Positions 1 to 5,942 of a stretch of DNA of 14,774 bases are shown piece by piece. This stretch comes from Deinococcus lacus (GTDB lineage Bacteria; Deinococcota; Deinococci; Deinococcales; Deinococcaceae), in assembly GCF_042661385.1 (NCBI RefSeq), contig NZ_JBHSWD010000004.1, forward strand, positions 1 to 14,774. Direction: 5' to 3'. Numbering within the stretch: the first letter of the stretch is position 1; every line of letters begins with the position of its first letter. The position numbers and the translations under genes are program-made. The notes below the pieces were generated by a model, which saw only the letters and a program-made list of their open reading frames with translations, did not search any database and was not told the origin of the DNA.

Positions 1-1635
1 ATCGGCTCTCTGCCTGCTCAGGCCCAGCCGTCTGGCGGCGGCATGGCTGGCCGTATCGCTGGCGCAGTCCGCGCGGCTGGTAGTGATGCGCTCGCCGGAC
101 TCGGCAAGGCCACGCCGGGCAATTTAGCCGGTATGGCTGGCGGCAGGATTAATTTTCCTGCTGCTGGCAAATTTTTTGTTCGCGGGGGACTGTGGGCGTT
201 GGCAGGTAGCCTAGTTTCGGACGCTATTAGTGATTGCATTGCTAGTAGCGAATGCCGTGGCGAGGTTGCTGACTGGTTCATGGGCCGTAATGAAACAGGG
301 GGTTGGGAATATGAGTTACCTACAGTAATTATTGAAATGAATGAATGCGGATATATTGGATATACACCTTTTGATAAGAAGCTGGCTGGTGATGCTAATA
401 ATCCTCTTATTATTAAGTATCGTGATTATAAATATGAAGTTGTGGGGGTAGGGAAATCTAGATATGATATTCCTGTTACAGAGACTACAAAAATTGATAA
501 TTTTGTTGCAAACTATAAAAGAGATAGGGCGATACAGTTAAATAAGGGGGTATGCGGGCGGAACAAAACTCTTTCTGAGTTGTCTCCTGGCGCAAAGTCA
601 CAGATAATAGAGGCAATAGCAAATTATATTACTAATAATCCAGAGAAAGCGCGGCCATACCTAGAAAAGCCTGTTAACGATAATGAATGGGCTGACAGTC
701 CTTTTGAACGGCCTGATTTAGATACTGACGCTGACGGCTACACTGACGGCGATGAGGCAGGCAGCGGCAGCAATCCAGACGATCCCGATAGTGTGCCTGA
801 AAAACCGTCCGATAAAGATGGGGACGGTGTTCCTGACAAAGACGATGACGATGATGATAATGACGGCATTCCTGATAAGGATGACTCTGCGCCAAATGAT
901 CCCGATTCCGGCGGGCCAGACTCTGACGGAGACGGCAAATCTGACGCAGTGGATACTGATGATGACAATGACGGTATTCCGGACTCTAAGGATGATGATG
1001 ATGATGATGATGGCATCCCAGATGACTGTGAAGATGCCGAGAATCCTGAAGAGTGTGCCGCTGCTGATGATGATGACGGCGATAAGCCGTGTGAAGAAGG
1101 CCAAGAAAAAGGCGAAAACGGCGAGTGTGCGCCTCCAAAAGATGATGGATGTCCAGAAGGCGAGGAAAAGGGCGAGGATGGCGAGTGCGCCGCGCCTCCT
1201 GATGATGGAGAGTGCCCTGAAGGCCAGGAGAAAGGAAAAGACGGAAAATGTGCGCCTCCTCCTCCTGGCTCCTCGCCTCCTGATGACTCGTGCGGAACAT
1301 TTAGTTACAAGCGCCTGCTGGCCTATCCTGGTTCCTTTGTCAAAGACTTGTTTGTGCCTTGCGCTCCTGTAAAAGAAATGTTCACGCCATTAATTGCAGT
1401 GGCTAAAACTAAATTTCCATTTTCTGTTGCTATGAATCTGCGCGGCTGGTTCCATGTTGGCGGCGGTGGCGGCGGAAATGGCAGCGATTTGCCTGACTCT
1501 ATTGGTCCGATTCCATTAACATGGACGTTTTTAACTCCGCTCTGGACAACGATTAAAACGCTTGTTGGCGTTGCGCTTTACGCTGCTTTTGGCTACTGGC
1601 TTCTAGATCGTTTCACTCCGAGGACTCAGATATGA
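1..1635 (+). CDS. gIII-like minor coat/adsorption protein, 5' end outside window (about 17 codons missing; full length about 561 aa judged from copy 2 start)
   Basis: The frame is open from base 1 and matches the copy-2 N-terminus (MNAVARRAAAFGLSALLIGSLPAQA signal-peptide-like). It is the largest structural ORF and sits directly upstream of the gVI-like and gI-like genes. It has a Gly/Ala-rich N-terminus, an acidic repeat core, a G6 linker and a C-terminal TM anchor (TLVGVALYAAFGYWLL). Its stop overlaps the next start (ATGA at 1632-1635). Confidence 0.7.
   Translation: MGSLPAQAQPSGGGMAGRIAGAVRAAGSDALAGLGKATPGNLAGMAGGRINFPAAGKFFVRGGLWALAGSLVSDAISDCIASSECRGEVADWFMGRNETGGWEYELPTVIIEMNECGYIGYTPFDKKLAGDANNPLIIKYRDYKYEVVGVGKSRYDIPVTETTKIDNFVANYKRDRAIQLNKGVCGRNKTLSELSPGAKSQIIEAIANYITNNPEKARPYLEKPVNDNEWADSPFERPDLDTDADGYTDGDEAGSGSNPDDPDSVPEKPSDKDGDGVPDKDDDDDDNDGIPDKDDSAPNDPDSGGPDSDGDGKSDAVDTDDDNDGIPDSKDDDDDDDGIPDDCEDAENPEECAAADDDDGDKPCEEGQEKGENGECAPPKDDGCPEGEEKGEDGECAAPPDDGECPEGQEKGKDGKCAPPPPGSSPPDDSCGTFSYKRLLAYPGSFVKDLFVPCAPVKEMFTPLIAVAKTKFPFSVAMNLRGWFHVGGGGGGNGSDLPDSIGPIPLTWTFLTPLWTTIKTLVGVALYAAFGYWLLDRFTPRTQI
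1090..1290 (+). repeat. Three tandem 60-63 nt coding repeats inside the gIII-like gene (C-x11-C, then CA(A)PP..DDG)
   Basis: The translation reads CEEGQEKGENGECAPPKDDG / CPEGEEKGEDGECAAPPDDGE / CPEGQEKGKDGKCAPPPPGSSPPDDSC. Repeat starts are at 1090, 1150 and 1213. Confidence 0.8.
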
Positions 1636-1874
1636 TTCTCTCTGCGCTGATTGAAGTTGTGAATTTGTTGATCATGGCTGCTCTGATGCTATTTCCAGAG
1701 TGGGAACCTCCTGTGGATTCGCCTAGCTGGACGGCACTTAGTGCAGCTAACATTGTTCTGCCACTAGACACCTGGTCCATGCTCATGGGCGTAACAATCG
1801 GCGTGATGGGTGCTGCTCTCGGCGTCTGGGTTATTAAATTGGCTGTCAATTTAATTAGGGGGTCGGGCGCATGA
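1632..1874 (+). CDS. gVI-like small multi-TM virion/assembly protein (80 aa)
   Basis: The protein is hydrophobic and lies between the gIII-like and gI-like genes. It has ATGA overlaps at both ends (1632-1635 and 1871-1874), suggesting translational coupling. Confidence 0.55.
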   Translation: MILSALIEVVNLLIMAALMLFPEWEPPVDSPSWTALSAANIVLPLDTWSMLMGVTIGVMGAALGVWVIKLAVNLIRGSGA

Positions 1875-2770
1875 TTGGAAACTTACTAAAGCGCGCAGCA
1901 CCAACGCACTTTGCTACTAAATATGAGCTAGGCCATGACCGCGCCTTTCATTTGTTAGAGGCTCGGCGCGGGCGCGGGAAGTCCTACACAATGGCTTATT
2001 GGGCGCTGAAAGTTGCACGTAAGAAAGTGCCAGTTGTGGCAAACTTCCATTTTAATCATGACTGGCTGGCGCGGCAACTCGTTAAAGACAAAGTATTTAA
2101 GTCTATAGACGAAGCATTAGACTGGTGCGCTGAGAATATCCGCTTCGTTAATACTTGGGACGAAATTATGCTTTCTTATGACTGCCTAATCCTGTTGGAT
2201 GAGGTCAATAGGCTCTTTGACTCTCAGGACCGCTCTAAGGATGAAAAAGCTCCAAAAGTTGTTTTTGAATGGCTGCAACTCTCGCGCCGTAATCGTATTA
2301 CGCTCGTGTTTGCCGCTCAATCTATGGACTGGTTAACTCCGCGTGTCCGTCAATTGTTTGACAATCTCTGGCGTGCTAAGAAAGAGCTTTATCCAAAAGG
2401 CAGGCTACGCGGCCAAATTAAACAGTTTTGGCTGTATGGTGCTGATCCGTGGTCTAAAGGTTTAAATGCTGGCGTAGTACGCGATGCTGACTATAAAGCG
2501 ACGATTCCATTTGATGCCGCTATTTTTAGGCTTTACGACACGTTTGAGCGTATACAGGCTATTCCGAATGAGTCTAGTTTTGCTCGTTTCTACGATATTT
2601 ATGAATATCAGTTAGCAAATGGGATTGTTCCGCCGCCGCCTGCTCCGCGCCCGCGTGGCCTAACTCATGCTGAGTATGAGGCGCTGTGGGAGGACTGCCA
2701 CGCGCGTGTGGCCGAACCAGTGAGCGCCGTGCGCGAACAGGTGAGGCCTCGTGTGCGTGAGGTGGTATGA
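1871..2770 (+). CDS. Zot/pI-like P-loop morphogenesis ATPase (299 aa), no TM segment detectable
   Basis: Walker A-like ARRGRGKS and Walker B-like CLILLDEV are present. The gene is in the canonical position after gIII/gVI. The C-terminus is Pro/Arg-rich (PPPPAPRPRG) rather than hydrophobic. Confidence 0.6.
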   Translation: MIGNLLKRAAPTHFATKYELGHDRAFHLLEARRGRGKSYTMAYWALKVARKKVPVVANFHFNHDWLARQLVKDKVFKSIDEALDWCAENIRFVNTWDEIMLSYDCLILLDEVNRLFDSQDRSKDEKAPKVVFEWLQLSRRNRITLVFAAQSMDWLTPRVRQLFDNLWRAKKELYPKGRLRGQIKQFWLYGADPWSKGLNAGVVRDADYKATIPFDAAIFRLYDTFERIQAIPNESSFARFYDIYEYQLANGIVPPPPAPRPRGLTHAEYEALWEDCHARVAEPVSAVREQVRPRVREVV

Positions 2771-2855
2771 TGTCGCCACTGAGGAATAAAAAACGTGCTC
2801 AACGGGGTGATGGCCCGGAGCACTTCCCCAGATATAGCACATCAGGAGCCTGAGT

Positions 2856-4307
2856 GTGATGGACTCAGACGCAACTGGCAGCATACGCATAGTTAACGAG
2901 GTTATAGACTCTCTGGACGTTCGCGTTTCGCGGCATATGCAACCTAGTCGCTGGATGCTGGACCAGGCGCGGGTTTGGCGTCTCTATATTGAGCAATGGG
3001 AGTCTGCGACGACTGAGCCGCTGTACTGTCAACTAGGGGAGATTGGGAGTTTCCGGCTGAAGGTCGGCGGGCGGCCACCATATGAGTTCGTGTTGTTCAA
3101 TCCGCAGATTTGCGACATCCGGATTTGGAATCCTGGCCGTTGGGATGGCAAAGCTGCTGGGCAGACTGGTCAGTTGTTTGTCTCGTTCCGCTCCGTCTTT
3201 CTCCAGCGCTACGGGCTGCACGGTGCGCGGCGCATTATCCGCGAGCTGGTGGAGTTGCTCGGCGTCTCCGATCCGGCCAACGACCACGGGCCGGAGTTTG
3301 ATCGTATTTCACGGATTGACCTGGCGGTGGATACTCAGGAGGAGCGTGGCATGCTCTGGGCCGACCTGGACGCGTTCGTCTGTCGCTCCCGCATCCTGGA
3401 TACTTGGACCACGGTCACGCCGCAGGACATGACCAATATGCTAGAGCGCTCCATGCTAGAGGAGCTATTCCCGATGGACTCCGATCCGCATTTGCCGACA
3501 GTGCGTGCGCTGGCTCGTGCGGCGTCTGCCTGCATCACGGATTTCACACGTCAAGCCCTGGTGGACCTGGAACAGTATGGAGAGGCTAATCTCTCTCGTG
3601 TTGTTACCAAGAGTAGAACACCGCAAACCATTTATTTTGGCCGTTTTGGTTCAGAACTCTACGCACGCCGATATAATAAACTCGGTTCACTGGCTATACA
3701 GAATAAGCTGTATATGTTAGAGATTTGGCAGCAAAACGGTTGGGATTGCGAGAGTCCTGTTATCCGTACTGAGTTTAGCATGTCCGGCGATTTCCTAAAA
3801 AACTATATTCTGCCAGAAACATCAACCGGCGAAAATCTAGAAATAGATGCCCGTGATCTTGATTTAATAGAAGTAAGGATACCTTATATCTGGTCCTACT
3901 TAACTAAGAAGTGGCTCCGCTTCACTGAGCCTAAAGGACAGAATGTTAAGCGCTGGAAAATTAACAGTGTTTGGGCTGAGATTCAGACCGCTTTCAGTGC
4001 TTACAAGATGCCTTTCGGCGTCCGTGATCTTTCGCGTAGTATTCCGAGAGAGGACATCCATCTAGTTAAACAATCGCGCGGCTGTAATGTGACGGTTGCG
4101 GCGCTTAGATTTGCTGCCAATCCAGCACAAAAACCAACAGACGTGCTTGCTGATCTATTTGAAAGTATGATTAATGCTATGGAGGCTGATGGTTTCCTTG
4201 AAGATGTAGAGAACAGAATGCTAGAATTAGGCATAGATGCCTATACAGATACGTGTCTAACATCTATGTTCAGAGCTGAGAAAATGAAGGAGGGTTATGG
4301 AAGTTAA
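2856..4307 (+). CDS. Rolling-circle replication initiator, Rep_trans (RstA/pT181 RepC-like) family, 483 aa
   Basis: Motifs recalled from the Rep_trans family are present: RIDLAVD, TIYFGRFGSELYARRYNK and VIRTEFSMSG. An AGGAG at 2844-2848 precedes the GTG 2856 / ATG 2859 start. Confidence 0.75.
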   Translation: MMDSDATGSIRIVNEVIDSLDVRVSRHMQPSRWMLDQARVWRLYIEQWESATTEPLYCQLGEIGSFRLKVGGRPPYEFVLFNPQICDIRIWNPGRWDGKAAGQTGQLFVSFRSVFLQRYGLHGARRIIRELVELLGVSDPANDHGPEFDRISRIDLAVDTQEERGMLWADLDAFVCRSRILDTWTTVTPQDMTNMLERSMLEELFPMDSDPHLPTVRALARAASACITDFTRQALVDLEQYGEANLSRVVTKSRTPQTIYFGRFGSELYARRYNKLGSLAIQNKLYMLEIWQQNGWDCESPVIRTEFSMSGDFLKNYILPETSTGENLEIDARDLDLIEVRIPYIWSYLTKKWLRFTEPKGQNVKRWKINSVWAEIQTAFSAYKMPFGVRDLSRSIPREDIHLVKQSRGCNVTVAALRFAANPAQKPTDVLADLFESMINAMEADGFLEDVENRMLELGIDAYTDTCLTSMFRAEKMKEGYGS

Positions 4308-4533
4308 AAAGTCTAATGTGAAGAGAGGGTATTTATTTCTTGTCTTTATCTTTTTCATCGCATTACAAATAGACCGTCATAAAGTTTTGCTTAGTAACTT
4401 AATTACAGATATTTATGATGCATATCCTGTAACTTTATCGTTACTTATTATTGTGTTGGGCATGATACTGTTTATTTCGTCTGGGAGAGTTTTCCGCCAG
4501 TATCTCAAAGATATGCTCTATGGTGATTTGTAG
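4297..4533 (+). CDS. 78-aa two-TM membrane protein of unknown function (AT-rich accessory gene)
   Basis: A strong SD (AAGGAGG) sits about 4288-4294, and the start overlaps the Rep stop. There are two hydrophobic segments (YLFLVFIFFIAL, VTLSLLIIVLGMILFI). GC is about 32% by hand count. Confidence 0.6.
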   Translation: MEVKKSNVKRGYLFLVFIFFIALQIDRHKVLLSNLITDIYDAYPVTLSLLIIVLGMILFISSGRVFRQYLKDMLYGDL

Positions 4534-4549
4534 ATTTTTAGGGGGTTGT

Positions 4550-4753
4550 ATGCAGACACAAAATTGGATTTGTCCAGAGTGCGGTGAGTTAGTAGATTTT
4601 GTGCTAGTGCAGCGGTTTGGCGGCGGTTTCTGCGCCTATGAGTGTCCGCGTTGTACCGTTGGCTCCTCCCTCCCTGACTGGTTGGAACACAATCCCGACC
4701 AGCCACCAGGCGCTCACCCTGAGTTACGTGAACCTGGTCCATCCATTCTCTAG
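4550..4753 (+). CDS. 67-aa zinc-ribbon-like protein (CPEC...CPRC), unknown function
   Basis: The ATG at 4550 is preceded by AGGGGG, so it is preferred over the 4520 start given by the ORF track. The CxxC-x19-CxxxCxxC spacing fits a zinc ribbon. A terminator-like hairpin follows. Confidence 0.5.
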   Translation: MQTQNWICPECGELVDFVLVQRFGGGFCAYECPRCTVGSSLPDWLEHNPDQPPGAHPELREPGPSIL

Positions 4754-4778
4754 GACCATTGACCATTTCCCCCCTTTT

Positions 4779-4805
4779 CCCCCCTGCAGTTTCGCGGGGG
4801 TTTTT
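4779..4805 (+). terminator. Terminator-like hairpin: C6 ... G5 stem followed by T5
   Basis: The sequence is CCCCCCTGCAGTTTCGCGGGGGTTTTT, immediately after the zinc-ribbon ORF. The C-run is 6 nt here and 5 nt in copy 2. Confidence 0.4.
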
Positions 4806-4937
4806 GCTGTCTGGCGCGGCGCTGCCGGAGTTCCCCAGCCTGGATAACAAGGGGGTGCTAATTACCACGCCGCTCGCGTAGGCTCCTGGGTTGCTTTGAC
4901 CTGGTGCATCGCTGACAGGTGTCCAGGGCGCTAGACC

Positions 4938-5005
4938 TTAATCAATGCTGTCCCGTTCTCTGGTTGACGGCCTGGGCAGGCTGATTTTTGGCTAGACATT
5001 GATTA
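4938..5005. repeat. Inverted repeat TAATCAATG / CATTGATTA flanked by GCTAGAC direct repeats
   Basis: The 9-bp arms are at 4939-4947 and 4997-5005. GCTAGAC occurs at about 4931 and 4991. Confidence 0.6.
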
Positions 5006-5071
5006 GGGGCTAGCGGGCGCACAGCGCCGGACCCTGGACGCCGTACGCAACGCTAAAATGTGCGGGCGTAG

Positions 5072-5107
5072 CCCGGAGGAGTGGCCGTTTTTTGCCAGTC
5101 CTCCGGG
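5072..5107. other. Long intergenic hairpin (9 + 4 bp stem, T6-containing loop)
   Basis: The sequence reads CCCGGAGGA-G-TGGC-CGTTTTTT-GCCA-G-TCCTCCGGG. It is a candidate ssDNA structural signal. Confidence 0.55.
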
Positions 5108-5196
5108 CCTGCCCAGCGGCGAGCGTGTCTGTTCTGCCTGGCTCTGGCTGGCCTACTGTTGGCGCATGGGGGCAGCCGCTACCGTCTCCGACGTTG

Positions 5197-5534
5197 CTGG
5201 TCGCGAAGCGTCAATTCCGGTTAGGCTTCTCCGGGCATGCAGGTGACGGGTCAAGGGTTTAGGTTGTCAAGGGTGGCCGAAGGCCAGGCCGCGAAGCGGG
5301 CCGCGAAGCGCCCTTGACAAGCCGCGAAGCGCCCTTGACGCGGCACAGACGGAGTTTTTCGCTGAGTGCGCTATCTGGTCGCGAAGCGTCAATTCCGGCT
5401 AGGCTTCTCCGGGCATGCAGGTGACGGGTCAAGGGTTTAGGTTGTCAAGGGTGGCCGAAGGCCAGGCCGCGAAGCGGGCCGCGGAGCGCCCTTGACAAGC
5501 CGCGAAGCGCCCTTGACGCGGCACAAACGGAGTT
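5197..5534. repeat. Direct duplication, period 178 bp (about 160 bp conserved per copy: 5197-5356 and 5375-5534), with internal iterons and nested inverted repeats; candidate origin region
   Basis: The two copies differ at only a few positions (ccggTtagg vs ccggCtagg, gcgAagc vs gcgGagc, cacaGac vs cacaAac). Each contains 2x GTCAAGGG, 2x CCCTTGAC, GGCCGAAGGCC and 4 GCG(A/G)AGC motifs. Confidence 0.85.
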
Positions 5535-5639
5535 CTGTCGCTACTTGCGCCGCTCCATCATCCATCCAGCTCCAACAGCCACGCCGCACAGAAACGGCCA
5601 GATGCTGTCTAGGATGCTCTGCCACAGTATCTCTAGCAT

Positions 5640-5903
5640 TTAGCGTTCTCCTGTGCTATGTTCCGAGCATAATAACCTAATATGTTTTTTATCTCGCTCA
5701 ACTAGGCCCTGTTGCCGCAACTCGCGTAGGCCGTCCTTAAACGTGCCGTATGAGATGCCTACGGCGTCGGCTAGCTCCTCCTGGTTTGTGTATTCCACCT
5801 CTCCCCTGGCGATCAGAAACCAGTAGACGGCGGCGGCGCTGGGCTTCACAAATAGCAGGCTATCCCCTGCCCCCTTGTATTCTTGTAATTGGATGATTAT
5901 CAT
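5640..5903 (-). CDS. 87-aa winged-helix/HTH transcriptional regulator (putative phage repressor, analogous in position to CTXphi RstR)
   Basis: It is the only convincing minus-strand gene and is divergent from the structural operon. It has an HTH-like segment NQEELADAVGISYGTFKDGLRELRQQGLVER. Confidence 0.6.
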   Translation of the reverse strand: MIIIQLQEYKGAGDSLLFVKPSAAAVYWFLIARGEVEYTNQEELADAVGISYGTFKDGLRELRQQGLVERDKKHIRLLCSEHSTGER

Positions 5904-5920
5904 CTAACTGGATGATATCC
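5875..5920. promoter_or_regulatory. Divergent promoter/operator region
   Basis: On the + strand, TTGTAT (5875-5880) is followed after 17 nt by TATCAT (5898-5903). On the - strand there is a TATCAT (complement of 5912-5917). The palindrome GATGAT-T-ATCATC (5892-5904) overlaps the regulator start codon. TGGATGAT is directly repeated at 5890 and 5909. Confidence 0.35.
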
Positions 5921-5942
5921 AACTAAACCAAAGGTGGTGGAA

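Noticed and set aside
18-281. 87-aa minus-strand ORF antisense to the gIII 5' region (copy at 7506..7769).
   Set aside because: This is a GC-rich antisense frame with a Pro/Ala-rich translation, embedded in a supported gene.
674-1372. Stack of overlapping ORFs in other frames and on the other strand of the gIII acidic region (718..1104 -, 738..1016 -, 752..1372 +, 986..1300 -, 674..895 -), with the same set in copy 2 (8161..8859).
   Set aside because: These are by-products of the GAT/GAC/GGC codon repeats. Their translations are poly-Ile, poly-Ser, poly-Met or poly-His low complexity. They lie fully inside a well-supported gene and have no SD.
2767-2853. 28-aa basic ORF (MMSPLRNKKRAQRGDGPEHFPRYSTSGA) filling the gap between the gI-like gene and Rep, with an ATGA overlap to the gI stop.
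   Set aside because: It is too short and featureless to support. It may merely be spacer that carries the Rep SD. It is noted only because it would close the one gap in the operon.
3033-4234. ORFs nested inside the Rep gene on both strands (3033..3287 -, 3082..3432 +, 3110..3301 +, 3335..3547 -, 3404..3589 +, 3505..3720 +, 4001..4234 -), with copies at +7486.
   Set aside because: These are typical open alternative frames in GC-rich coding DNA. Their composition is Arg/Ala/Ser-rich, they show no start context, and they lie entirely within Rep.
4754-4767. Tandem GACCATT GACCATT directly after the zinc-ribbon stop codon.
   Set aside because: There are only two 7-nt units and I can assign no function. 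It is recorded but is not strong enough for a feature.
5311-5345. TTGACA (-35 consensus) within the CCCTTGACA elements, considered as promoters.
   Set aside because: No acceptable -10 hexamer lies 16-18 nt downstream (only GC-rich GACGCG-type sequence). The elements are better explained as arms of the inverted repeats.
5197-5534. Possible CRISPR-like array, because of the closely spaced GCCGCGAAGCG repeats.
   Set aside because: The repeat units are only 9-11 nt, the spacers are 1-13 nt and themselves repeated, and there are no cas genes. The pattern is iteron and hairpin organisation, not CRISPR.
4518-5680. Intergenic ORFs 4518..4868 (-), 4617..4847 (+), 5058..5246 (+), 5437..5625 (-) and 5492..5680 (+).
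   Set aside because: They run through hairpins and the 178-bp repeat, lack an SD and have Arg/Pro/Ala-rich translations. The length of one changes between copies (116 vs 82 aa) only because of the C-run indel. The region is better explained as structured non-coding DNA.
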